In this document: positions 46,152 to 58,409 of the stretch, piece by piece
Numbering within the stretch: the stretch's first letter is position 1
Layout: every line of letters begins with the position of its first letter
Source of the DNA: Centroscyllium fabricii
Taxonomy: Eukaryota
Direction: 5' to 3'
Length of the DNA: 64,000 nt
Assembly: GCA_051313645.2 (NCBI GenBank)
Contig: JBNRSN020000006.1
Span: 11,346,001 to 11,410,000, forward strand
Translations under genes and position numbers: made by a program
Notes under the pieces: generated by a model
Told to the model about the DNA's origin: nothing
Database searches by the model: none
Seen by the model: the letters and a program-made list of their open reading frames with translations, nothing else

Positions 46152-49100
46152 TTGCAGTGTACAACAGATAAGTACAAAGCAGAGTGCAACAGGGAATACT
46201 ATAGAGTGCAACAGGTGAGAATAACATAGACTGCAACAAATGAATACAAATCAGAGTGCAACAGGTGATTACAATAAAATGTGCAACAGGTGAGTACAAA
46301 GCAGAGTTCAACAGGTGAACACACTGCAGTGTGGAACAGGTGAACACTTTGCAGTGTGCAACAGGTGAGTATATAGACTGCAACAGGTGAGTACAATGCA
46401 GAGTGCAACAAGTGAGTATGATGCAGAGTGTAACCTGTGAGTGCAAATCAGAGTGCAACAGGTGATTACAATGCAGAGTGGAACAGGGAATACAATGCAG
46501 AGTGCTACAGGTGAGTACAACGCGGAATGCAACAAGTGAATACAATGCAGAGTGCAACAGGTAATTACAATGCAGCGTGCAACAGGTGTGTACAACAGAG
46601 TGCCACAGGTGAGTACAACACAAAGTTCAGCAGGTGAGTACAATGCAGAGTGCAACAGGTGGGTACAAAGTGGGGTGCAACATGTGAACACATTGCAGTA
46701 TGCAACAGATAAGTACGACGCAGAGTGCAACAGAGAATATAATGCAGAGTGCAACAGGTGAGAACAATGCAGAGTGTAACAGGTGAGTATAACGCGGACT
46801 GCAACAAGTGAATACGATGCAGTGTGCAACAGGTGACTAAAGCACAGTGTACAACAGGTGAGTACAATGCAGAGTGCAACAGGTGGATACAAAGCAGAGT
46901 GCATCAGGGGAGCACATTGCAGAGTGCAACAAGGAATACAATGCAGAGTGAAACAGGTGAGTATGATGCAGAGTGCAACAGGTGAGTACAAATCAGAGTA
47001 CAACAGGTGAGTACAACACAAAATGCAACAGGTGAGAACAATGCAGAATACAACAGGTGCGTACAACACAAAATGCAACAGGTGAGAACAATGCAGAGTG
47101 TAACATGTGAGAACAATGCAGAGTGCAACAGGTGAGAACAATGCAGAGTGTAACAGGTGAGAACAATGCAGAGTGTAACAGGTGAGAACAATGCAGAGTG
47201 CAACAGGTGAGAACAATGCAGAGTGCAACAGGTGAGAACAATGCAGAGTGTAACAGGTGAGAACAATGCAGAATACAACAGGTGAGAACAATGCAGAGTG
47301 CAACAGGTGAGAACAATGAAGAGTGTAACAGGTGAGAACAATGCAGAATACAACAGGTGAGAACAATGCAGGGTGCAACAGGTGAGAACAATGCAGAGTG
47401 CAACAGGTGAGAACAATGCAGAGTGTAACAGGTGAGAACAATGCAGAATACAACAGGTGAGAACAATGCAGAGTGTAACAGGTGAGTACAATGCAGAGTG
47501 TAACAGGTGAGAACAATGCAGAGTGTAACAGGTGAGAACAATGCAGAGTGTAACAGGTGAGTACAATGCAGAGTGTAACAGGTGAGAACAATGCAGAGTG
47601 TAACAGGTGAGAACAATGCAGAGTGCAACAGGTGAGAACAATGCAGAGTGCAACAGGTGAGAACAATGCAGAGTGCAACAGGTGAGAACAATGCAGAGTG
47701 CAACAGGTGAGTACAATGCAGTGTGTAACAGGTGAGAACAATGCAGAGTGTAACAGGTAAGAACAATGCAGAGTGCAACAGGTGAGAACAATGCAGAGTG
47801 TAACAGGTGAGAACAATGCAGAGTGCAACAGGTGAGAACAATGCAGAGTGTAACAGGTGAGAACAATGCAGAGTGCAACACGTGAGTACAAAGCAGAGTG
47901 CAACAGGTGAGAACAATGCAGAGTGCAACAGGTGAGAACAATGCAGAGTGTAACAGGTGAGAACAATGCAGAGTGCAACAGGTGAGAACAATGCAGAGTG
48001 TAACAGGTGAGAACAATGCAGAGTGTAACAGGTGAGTACAATGCAGAGTGTAACAGGTGAGAACAATGCAGAGTGTAACAGGTGAGAACAATGCAGAGTG
48101 CAACAGGTGAGAACAATGCAGAGTGCAACAGGTGAGAACAATGCAGAGTGCAACAGGTGAGAACAATGCAGAGTGCAACAGGTGAGTACAATGCAGTGTG
48201 TAACAGGTGAGAACAATGCAGAGTGTAACAGGTAAGAACAATGCAGAGTGCAACAGGTGAGAACAATGCAGAGTGTAACAGGTGAGAACAATGCAGAGTG
48301 CAACAGGTGAGAACAATGCAGAGTGTAACAGGTGAGAACAATGCAGAGTGCAACACGTGAGTACAAAGCAGAGTGCAACAGGTGAGAACAATGCAGAGTG
48401 CAACAGGTGAGAACAATGCAGAGTGTAACAGGTGAGAACAATGCAGAGTGCAACAGGTGAGAACAATGCAGAGTGTAACAGGTGAGAACAATGCAGAGTG
48501 CAACAGGTGAGAACAATGCAGAGTGCAACAGGTGAGAACAATGCAGAGTGCAACAGGTGAGAACAATGCAGAGTGCAACAGGTGAGAACAATGCAGAGTG
48601 CAACAGGTGAGAACAATGCAGAATACAACAGGTGAGAACAATGCAGAGTGCAACAGGTGAGAACAATGCAGAGTGCAACAGGTGAGAACAATGCAGAGTG
48701 CAACAGGTGAGAACAATGCAGAGTGCAACGGGTGAGAACAATGCAGAGTGCAACAGGTGAGAACAATGCAGAGTGTAACAGGTGAGTACAATGCAGAGTG
48801 TAACAGGTGAGTACAATGCAGAGTGCAACAGGTGAGAACAATGCAGAGTGCAACAGGTGAGAACAATGCAGAGTGTAACAGGTGAGTACAATGCAGAGTG
48901 CAACATGTGAGAACAATGCAGAGTGCAACAGGTGAGTACAATGCAGAGTGCAACAGGTGAGTACAATGCAGAGTGCAACAGGTGAGAACAATGCAGAGTG
49001 CAACAGGTGAGAACAATGCAGAGTGCAACAGGTGAGAACAATGCAGAGGGCAACAGGTGAGAACAATGCAGAGGGCAACAGGTGAAAACAATGCAGAGTG

Positions 49101-49158
49101 TAACAGGTGGGAACAATGCAGAGTGCAACAGGTGAGCTCAACACAGATTCAACAGGTA
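46152..49158. repeat. 25-bp minisatellite, main array (~120 units)
   Basis: Degenerate to ~47030, then homogeneous GAGAACAATGCAGAGTG(C/T)AACAGGT. Confidence 0.96.
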
Positions 49159-49161
49159 ATC

Positions 49162-52100
49162 AGTGGTAATCAGATTACCATTGTATATAGTTGGGTTACA
49201 CCACAGACAGGCATGTATAGTGGCTTGGTGTACTGTATGTAGTATTGTATAGAACACTGTCGTGAGGTCAGGTCAGCCACACCTCTGACTCCTCCCCCCC
49301 AGGTGAGAGCCTTATAGGTGAGGTCTGCCCTGCCCCCATTCATTCTGTACTCGATGTTCAACTGGAGACTAGCTCCATCTTTAAGTTATTAAAAGCCTAT
49401 AGTTAAGGTAACTACTCGTCTTTGTCTTATTGACGATACGTCAATTTTAATAACTTAATTTTTCGAAATGGAGAGCGGCGCTGTGAAACCCGAAAAGTTG
49501 GATATTAATCCCCAAGAACCAGACGCCGCCAACACTTTTGAACATTGGTTCAGCCTTGTTGAAGTCTACATGGCGGCCGCTAAGGCGACGACCGACGGGG
49601 ACAAACTACACTTCCTCTCGTCCAGAATCAGCAGCCGGGTGTACTCCTTCATCCGCGGCATCACAACGTACCCAGAGGCCGTGGAGAAACTGAAGGCATG
49701 CTACATACGCCCGGTCCACTCGGTCCATGCCAGACACGTGCTGGCGACCAGACAACAGCGGCTCGGTGAGTCGAATGAACAGTATCTGTTGGCGCTTCAA
49801 GACCTCGCCTGGGCCTGTGACTGCCCGCCACGAACGGCGCAGGTCCTCGTCCGAGATGCCTACGTGACTGGAATTAGGTCCAACCAGGCCCGCCAGCGGT
49901 TGCTGGAAAAAGGCACTCTATCACTGGAGGAGGCGATCTCCATCTCTAATGCAGTGGATGGGGCACGCCGCAGGCTAGAGGCGTATGGCGGCCAAGGCCC
50001 ACACAACACCATCGATCCCTGGGCAGCCCCACGACAGGTCGAGAACCTCACAATGGCAGCGGCAGCTGTGAAGACGCCGTCTGATCGAAAATGCTACTTC
50101 TGCGGCCAGGGACAGAACCCGCCAGCGAAATCCCCGCGAGGAACGCAACCTGTGAGAGATATGGCAAGAAAGGACACTACGCCAGGGCCGGCAAATCGGC
50201 CCCAGCGCCCAGCTCCAGACACAACAGCGCGGCCTGCGAGAATTCCAACGTCATCCCATGGCCTAAGGTAAGCTGCTGCTGCAGCGCGACCCAGCAGCGG
50301 TCCGGGATAGATCACAGGCGCCCCCCGTCTCCCATCCCTGTATGGCAGAGGCCGGCCGCGCACACGGCACCTGCACCGCCACGCCAAAGACGGCCGCGGC
50401 CGGCCATGGGCGACCCCCCAACGCCGGCACCTCGCCCAGCGCGGTGCGTGCGAATCACGGGCGCCGCCACCTCGGCCACCACGGTCCGCCGCGTGCGAAC
50501 CACGAGCACCGCCATCTCGTCCACCGCGGCCCGCCGTGTGCGAATCACGGGCGCCGCCATCTTGTCTTCAGCGGCCAGCCATGTGTGACTCCCTGGCGCC
50601 GCCATCTTGTCTTCAGCGGCCAGCCATGTGCGACCCTCCGGCGCCGCCATCTTATCCACCGCGGTCGGCCGCGTGCGAACCACAGGCGCCGCCATCTTAT
50701 GCACGGCCCCAGCTAGCGGAGGGCCCCCCCACACACACACACACTTCGGCCTCAGCCATTGTCGACCAGGCTAGGCCGCACACCCTATCAAATTCCATGA
50801 TGGGGATTAAAGTTAACGGTCACATCACAAACTGCCTGTTTGACACCGGAAGCACAGAGAGCTTCATTCACCCCGACACAGTGCGGCGCTACGCACTGCG
50901 GACCCTGCCCACGCACTACCAAATCTCCCTTGCTTCAAAGTCCCACAGGGCGGACGTCACCGGCTACAGCTCCGTCACGCTCACGGTCAGGGACTGCGTG
51001 TACCGTAATTTTAAACTGTACATACTCCAGCAGTTGTGCGCCCCAGTCTTACTGGGACTGGATTTCCAGTGCCACCTGAAGAGCGTGACAATGGAGTTTG
51101 GCGGGACCCTGGCCCCCCTCACCGTCAGTAGCCGGGACAATCCCTTCCTAAAGCGGAGCCCGACTTGCGGCCTAACCACCCTGAAAGTCGACCCCCCCTC
51201 GCTGTTCGCCAACCTCGACCTCAACTGCAAACCCATTGCTACCAAGAGTCGGCGTTACAGTGCGGGGGACCGGGCATTTATCAGGTCGGAGGTCAGGCAT
51301 ATGTTGCAAGAGGGGATCATTGACGCCAGCACCAGCCCCTGGCGGGCCCAGGTTGTAGTGGTTAAGACTGGCGAGAAACTGCGGATGGTGATCGACTACA
51401 GCCAGACCATTAACCGCTAAACCGGGGTCGACGCCTACCCCATCCCCCGCATCTCGGACATGGTTAACCAGATCACCCAGTATAAGGTTTTTTCAACAAT
51501 TGACCTTAAGTCGGCGTATCACCAACTCCCGATCCGGAAAGCCGACCACCAGTACACCGCCTTCGAGGCGAACGGTCGGCTCTACCACTTCCTCCGGGTC
51601 CCCTTCGGCGTGACCAACGGAGTGTCGGTATTCCAGAGGGAGATGGACCATATGGTTGACCAGAACGGGTTGCAGGCCACCTTCCCCTACCTGGACAACG
51701 TGACCATCTGCGGCCATGACCAGCAAGACCACAATGCCAACCTGGCCAAATTTCTTCACACAGCGAAACGGCTCGATCTCACTTACAATAAAGACAAGTG
51801 TGTCTTTAGTATAGATCGGCTCACCATCCTCGGATACGTAGTGGAAAACGGGGTCCTCGGCCCCGACCCACAGCGTATGTGCCCCTTACAGGAACTGCAC
51901 CTACCTCACAACCCCAAAGCCCTGAGGAGATGTCTGCGATTTTTCTCCTATTACGCGCAGTGGGTTCCCCAGTTCGCGGATAAGGCCAGACCGCTCCTCA
52001 AGGCTGATGTCTTCCCCCTCTCGGTAAAAGCCCAAACGGCGTTCGCCCTGATTAAGGAAGCCATCATCAAGGCGACCATGCACGCCGTTGATAAGTCCAT

Positions 52101-53994
52101 CCCTTTCCAGGTGGAGAGTGACGCTTCGGACTTTGCCCTTGCCGCCACCCTGAATCAGGCAAGCAGGCCCGTAGCGTTTTTCTCCCACACCCTACAGGGA
52201 CCCGAAACTCGCCACTCTGCAGTGGAAAAGGAGGCCCAGGCCATCGTGGAGGCCGTGCGCTACTGGCGTCATTACCTGGCCGGTAAGCGTTTTACCCTGC
52301 TCACCGACCAACGGTCGGTTGCGTTTATGTTTAACAATAAACAAAAGGGTAAAATCAAGAATGATAAGATCCTGTGGTGGCGGATCGAGCTCTCGACTTA
52401 CGAGTACGACATTCTTTACCGACCAGGCAAGCTCAACGAACCCCCGGACGCACTGTCCAGGGGAACGTGCGCCAGTGCCCAGCTGGACCGGCTGAAGGAA
52501 CTCCACGATCGCCTCTGCCACCCGGGTATCACCAGACCTGTCCATTTCATTAAATCCCATAGCCTCCCCTACTCCATCACGGAGATCAAGGCTATGCCCC
52601 GAGAGTGCCCTGTTTGCGCCGAGTGCAAACCCCAATTTTACAGGCCAGACACGGCGCACCTCATTAAGGCCACCCGCCCCTTTGAACGTCTGAGCGTGGC
52701 CTTCAAAGGCCCTCTCCCCTCCACCGACCGCAACTCGTACTTCCTCACGGTCGTGGACGAGTTCTCCCGCTACCCCTTCACCTTCCCCTGCCCAGATATG
52801 ATGAGCGCAACGGTGATAAGACACTTCACCACGCTGTTCGCCATTTTCGGTCTCCCCAGCTACATCCATAGCGACCGGGGGTCGTCGTTCATGAGCGACG
52901 AACTGCGTCAGTTTCTGCTTCAGAACGGGGTTGCCTCAAGCAGAACGACCAGTTACAACCCCCGGGGGAACGGCCAGGTAGAAAGGGAGAACGGGATCAT
53001 CTGGAAGGCGGTCAGCCTGGCCCTGAAGTCCAGAGGCCTCCCAGTGTCCCGTTGGCAGGTAGTCCTCCCAGACGCGCTCCACTCCATCCGCTCTCTGCTG
53101 TGTACGGCTACAAACGCCACACCCCATGATTTATTATTTTCCTTCCCCAAGAAGTCGACTTCGGGGACGGCACTCCCACCGTGGCTCATGATGCCGGGGC
53201 CGGTCTTACTTAGGAAACATCTCCGCGGCCATAAGACCGAACCCCTGGTGGAAAAGGTGCAGCTGCTGCACGCCAACCCGCACTATGCCTATGTGCAGTT
53301 CCTGGACGGGCGCGAGGACACAGTTTCCATCAGAGACCTAGCGCCCGCCGGGAGCACGAGAGCAGAGCCCCTGGTCGAGCCTCAGCCTGACCAGCCACCG
53401 CCTACCGAACACTGGCCTGCAGACCGACCACCTTCTACCGAATACTGGCCTACACACACACCGGGGCCCCCGACACTATCGGCTGATGACCCAGGGCCGG
53501 ACGCCACACCGCAGGCACGGTTGCCGGAGGACCCGACCCCGTTACCACAACCGGCACCAGCGCCACTACCAGAACCCCGGCGGTCTTCATGGCAGACGCG
53601 ACCACCGGAGAGACTCATTGAGAACTGCTGATACGGACACATAATATTTTTTTTTGCACTGATCGATTCTGTTCCATTCACCCCGCCGGACTCATTTTCA
53701 AAGAAGGGGTGAATGTGGTAATCAGATTACCATTGTATATAGTTGGGTTACACCACAGACAGGCATGTATAGTGGCTTGGTGTACTGCATGTAGTATTGT
53801 ATAGAACACTGTCGTGAGGTCAGGTCAGCCACACCTCTGACTCCTGCCCCCAGGTGAGAGCCTTATAGGTGAGGTCTGCCCTGCCCCCATTCATTCTGTA
53901 CTCGATGTTCAACTGGAGACTAGCTCCATCTTTAAGTTATTAAAAGCCTATAGTTAAGGTAACTACTCGTCTTTGTCTTATTGACAATACGTCA
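49162..53994 (+). mobile_element. Full-length Gypsy element, non-tRNA-PBS lineage
   Basis: LTRs 49162-49443 and 53714-53994 (about 5 differences); PPT AAAGAAGGGGTGAA; only a partial TSD (ATCA). Confidence 0.93.
49468..53631 (+). pseudogene. gag-pol with frameshifts and a stop
   Basis: ORFs 49468-50271 (gag), 50536-51420 (PR) and 51460-53631 (RT-RH-IN). Confidence 0.9.
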
Positions 53995-54330
53995 ATCACC
54001 ACTCACTGCCTAAAAACGTTTTTCCTCACATCCCCCCCCCCCCCCCGCCCCCCCGTATCTCTTGCCCAAAAACTTAAATCTGTGTCCCCTAGTTTTTGTA
54101 CATCACTTAGTGGGGACAGCCTTTCCCCGTCTAGCCTATCCAAACCCATCATAATCTTGTACACTTCTATCAAATCACCCCTCAACCTCCTTTGCTCTAA
54201 TGAAAACAAATCCAGCTTCTCCAAACTGTCCTTGTAGCTAAGATCCCCCATCCCTGGAACCATTCTGAAAATCTCCTATGCACCCTCTCACGGGCCTTCA
54301 TATCCTTCCGAAAGTGTGGCGACCAGAACG
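53995..54330 (-). mobile_element. CR1 fragment
   Basis: LFSLEQRRLRGDLIEVYKIM peptide. Confidence 0.8.
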
Positions 54331-55246
54331 GGATCACAGTCGGCTAGGTCACTTTCACCTTCAAGGCATTGAAGGACCTGCAGCAGAATGCCTTCCAGGC
54401 CTTCAACACCCTGGAGGTGTAAGTGACTCCCTTTTCTGATGACCATCTGTGGAGAAAACACTGAAAAGACTCACCTTGACAGATAATGAAATGCTTGGTC
54501 CCGAACTCTGAAAGATTTCCAGCATGTCCTTACACCTGTCACTCAACACACTTGGGCTTCGCGATTGGTTGCACTCCACTGTGATGTCACAGTGGATTGT
54601 TTCCATGGAAACTGACAACAGACAGTCCCTAGAACTGTCCATCAAAGCTCCGGCTCCCAGCTGCAGTCCGTTGCTTTCTGACTCGGGGTGGCACGGTGGC
54701 ATAGTGGTTAGCACTGTTGCCTCACAGCAGTGGAGACCCGGGTTCAAATCCAGCCTCGGGTACTAGCTGTGTGGAGTTTGCACATTCTCCCCGTGTCTGC
54801 GTGGGTTTCCTCCGGGTGCTCCGGTTTCCTCCCACAGTCCAAAGATGTGCGGGTTAGGTTGATTGGCCATGATAAATTGACCCTTTATGTTAGGGTGATT
54901 GAATATGTGGGGTTACAGGGATAGGGTGGGATATGTGTCAGTGCAGGCTCGATAGGGATCGAGGGATATGGGGACAGGGCAGGGACGGGATACTGGGTTT
55001 GGATGATCAGCCATGATCTCATTGAATGGCGGAGCAGGCTCGAAGGGCCGAATGGCCTACTCCTGCTCCTATCTTCTATGTTTCTATGTTTCTATGACTC
55101 GATTCAGCCGATTGGAAGTTGCACGTGGGGAATTAATTGGCCACTTAAGCCAAATTTGCGTGGGGTTCCCAGGCCCTTGGGCAGACGGGCCAGAAACCTG
55201 ACCCGACCAAAACCCGCCAAATCGCCGCACCCTCGGGAAAGTCCCC
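54331..55246. mobile_element. Partial Harbinger-type MITE related to 45054, interrupted by HE1
   Basis: Shares CCACTGTGATGTCACAGTGG and GTTTCCATGGAAACTGACAAC with 45260-45310; left boundary approximate. Confidence 0.6.
54686..55094 (+). mobile_element. Complete HE1-type V-SINE
   Basis: A and B boxes, V domain, CR1 tail with (TTCTATGT)n, TGACTCG TSD. Confidence 0.94.
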
Positions 55247-55251
55247 ATTAT

Positions 55252-55388
55252 AGTCACTGTTGTAATGTAGGAAAGACAGCACTGGAACGTCAGCCTAGAG
55301 TTTTGTGCTAAAGTCTCTGAAGTGAGGCTTAAACCCACAACCTTCTAACTCAAGGCGAGAGTGCTACCAACTGAGCCCCAGCGGACAC
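55252..55388 (-). mobile_element. tRNA-derived SINE fragment (DeuSINE/SacSINE-like head)
   Basis: rc GGCTCAGTTGGTAGCACTCTCGCCTTGAGTTAGAAGGTTGTGGGTTTAAGCC; a more decayed relative is at ~5435-5505. Confidence 0.62.
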
Positions 55389-55913
55389 TTGATGGATGCT
55401 TTGCAGAAATTCAGCTCTGTCAAGTGTGCAGGCCTGTCAGAGGCTTGTGGAAACCTGCGTTCCAAGCAGGCAACTCCAGAGGCCAGAGGTCAATGCTTCG
55501 CTGGCTAATGTTGTAACTATTGAGACCTGAGGCTTCAATTTACAAGAGGCTCTTACCCCTGGTTTGGGGATTTTTAGAGAGAACAGCAGGCTTCAGACTT
55601 CTTAGTCATGGCCAGGGGTTTGGTCTCAAGTGTTACTCACCATCTGGAGCACGGCAGAAAGATGCACCAATGAGGCAGTTAGCTCCCGGGGGTGAAGACC
55701 CATCTGACAAACCCAGCTTTCCCACCTCGGATGTTTGAAGGAACAGGTAGCGTGCAGGAGCTGCCAGCCAGTCATGGCAGGGGCTGGAATGCTGGCAGTA
55801 GTTGCACGGCCATCTCGTGACCCAGTCCACAAAGGCTCAACACCACTGCAATTTCAAGAGGCTTAAACTGAGGAGCACCAGGCTGTCACCACAGTCATTC
55901 ACCCCTCTGAGGT

Positions 55914-56846
55914 TACATAACATAAGAACATAAGAAATAGGAGCAGCAGTAGGCCAATCGGCCCCTCGAGCCTGCTCCGCCATTCAACAAGATCATGGCT
56001 GATCTGATCCTAACCTCAATTTTATTTTTACTCTCCATCCCGCCCAAACCCATATGATCACCCGGGAGAGGCGAAAAACCAGATAAAAGAACCCAGTGGC
56101 CAATTTGGGAGAAAAAATCTGGGAAATTCCTCTCCGACCCATCTAGGCGATCGAAAACTGGTCCAGGAGATCACATGGCCGATCTGAACCTAGCCTCATG
56201 TCCACTTACCTGCCCGCTCACCATAACCTCTAATTCCCTTTACTTCCAGGAAGCTGTCTATCTCTGTTTTAAATTTATTCAATGTAGTAGATTCCACAGC
56301 TCTCTGGGGCAGCAAATTCCACAGCCCCACCACCCTCTGAGTGAAGAAGTTTCTCCTCATCTCAGTTTTGAAATGGCAGCCCCTTATTTTAAGATTATGC
56401 CCCCTAGTCCTAGTTTCACCTACCATTGGGGACATCCTCACCGCATCCACCCGATCAAGCCCTCTCACAATCTTATATGTTTCAACAAGATCGCCTCTCA
56501 TTCTTCTGAACTCCAATGAGTAGAGGCCCAATCTACTCAGCCTCTCGTCATATGTTAGCCCCCTCATCCTCGGAATGAACCTAGTGAACCTTCTTTGCAC
56601 TGCCTCGAGAGCGAGTATGTCCTTTCTTAAATATGGATACCAGAACTGCACGCAGTACTCCAGGTGTGGTCTCACCAATACCCTGTACAACTGCAGCAAG
56701 ACCTCCCTGCTTTTATACTCCATCCCCTTAGCAATAAAAGCCAACATTCCGTTGGCCTTCCTGACCACCTGCTGCACCTGCATATTAACTTTTTGTGTTT
56801 CCTGCACCAGGACCCCCAGATCCCTTTGCACTGAAGTACTTTCCAG
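55914..56846 (-). mobile_element. 5'-truncated CR1 with long structured 3' UTR
   Basis: ORF 56196..56831; tail (TTCTTATG)n; near-identical to 33792-34700 and 62218-63057. Confidence 0.93.
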
Positions 56847-56954
56847 GTTGGAGAGAGCACAGGATTAAATACTAAATAATACTGTGCACTGTCACCAAGA
56901 GCACGGAGCAGCAAAATAAATATTGAAGCACAGACACACTTATGTATGCAGATA

Positions 56955-57444
56955 CAGGTTGAGCATAGTTATACCGGCATGGGCAGGACTAGGCCCAGGC
57001 CGGTAGAGCGAAAGAAACGGTAGAATGAAGTTGGTCAGTGCGCATGAGCGCACCATTCAAAATGGCCACGCGTGTGCGCACAACATTGGAAATGGCCGCC
57101 GAATGTCCTTGCTGAGTCTCATCTGCGGTTTATGTGCCTCCTGATGACGGCCTTCAGGCTGCTCCAGGGAACCGCGCGCTTCACCATGGCGGGCGCTCGG
57201 GACCCGCACATTCAAAACGCGGCGCGAGCCGCCGATCCCTGACGTCACAGAAGGCCCAGCTCGTCCGGAGGCCGTTTTGAATGATCTGCGCATGCGCTCG
57301 CCGTTCAGCGCTGCACGCGCAGATCATTCGCCGAAGCAGCGATCGCGGCGGCCATTTTGCGCATGCGCAGGGCAGTCGGGCAATTTATGCCGGACGACTG
57401 AAGTTGCCGGCTTTTCAGTTACCGGATTAACGGTGCTCAACCAG
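56955..57444. mobile_element. Tigger/pogo-like (Tc1/mariner) MITE
   Basis: TIRs CAGGTTGAGCA / TGCTCAACCAG; TA TSD. Confidence 0.8.
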
Positions 57445-57504
57445 TAACAACAGAAAACGCTGAAGAAACTCAGCAGGTCAGGCAGCATCGGTGGAGAGAG
57501 AAAC

Positions 57505-57546
57505 AGAGTTAACGTTTCAGGTCAATGACCTTTCGTCAGACCTGGA
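57505..57546 (-). ncRNA. Minimal type I hammerhead ribozyme motif (Penelope-associated)
   Basis: Minus strand CTGACGA-AAGGTCATTGACCT-GAAAC-GTTA: conserved core, stem II AGGTC/GACCT, palindromic AACGTT stem III. Confidence 0.65.
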
Positions 57547-57663
57547 AAAAACAGGAGAGGGGATCGATTTTAATGCAAGTGGGAGCTGGGGAAAGGGGGA
57601 GGGGGTGAAAGAACGAAAGGGAAGGTCAGCGACAGGATAGATTGAGAGACATTGAGACACGTT

Positions 57664-58409
57664 GGGGCAGAAATTAGTGTCCCAACGTGTGAGTATGTGC
57701 TGGGTACTCACGCGTAAGCCCATCGGAAGTGTCGGTTTACGGCATGCACCGCGCATGCGCGCAAAAACGACACTACTGATCCCCTGCAAGAAGGGGTCAG
57801 GGGTCGGAACACGGCAGCGCAATGCATTTGCGATTTTTTTTTACAGCTTTTTATCCGGGTAAGTATTAGAAAAAGATACGTCTCCTATTTTCAAGCGCAA
57901 AGTCTGGTTTTCAGCAGGTAAGTGGTGATTTAATTCAAATTAAGAAATTTTTCCACAGGTTTTTCATTTTTAAATACTTTATAGAACGGTAAGTTTATTT
58001 TTAGCCCCGTTAAATACTTTAATTATTTTTTTCAAAATTTAATTTTTTTGTTTAAAATGGCTAATTTATAAAATTGATAGTTATTTAAAAAAATGTGATT
58101 TAAAAAAAATGTATTTGAAGATTTACTGAGGTTTTGGGGCTTGTGGTATTCATAAGTTTGACGGGTCTGCCTGTCAAACTATGAATGGAGCATTCTGTGC
58201 TCCGATTGGCTCCCCGTGGCCCACGTGATCCCGCGTGAAGCCTCGCACGAGTTTCACCGCTCGGATCCAGGAGCGTGGCGCGCCGGCACTTCAGGAAGGC
58301 CCCGCATCGAGATTCCATGCGGGGGCGCTGCTCAACGGCCGGCGCGCTAGATAAGTGTAGGGGTGGAGGCTTGCACTCGCGGGAAGCATCCAACCCGAAT
58401 TTCTGGGCC
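57664..58409. mobile_element. Harbinger-type MITE (family of 7391)
   Basis: Ends GGGGCAGAAATT / AATTTCTGGGCC; GTT TSD. Confidence 0.8.

Noticed and set aside
46015-49144. Long Cys/His-rich ORFs (927, 746, 711 aa) on the minus strand
   Set aside because: All three frames are open because the 25-bp unit lacks stops on that strand; these are translation artefacts of a satellite.
46152-49158. Possible CRISPR array
   Set aside because: Head-to-tail repeats with no unique spacers, no cas genes, eukaryotic context. The same applies to 19765-24306.
49157-49163. Clean 5-bp TSD for the element at 49162-53994
   Set aside because: Only ATCA matches, the first LTR base is altered, and the flanks differ (satellite versus CR1), so a flanking deletion or recombination cannot be excluded.
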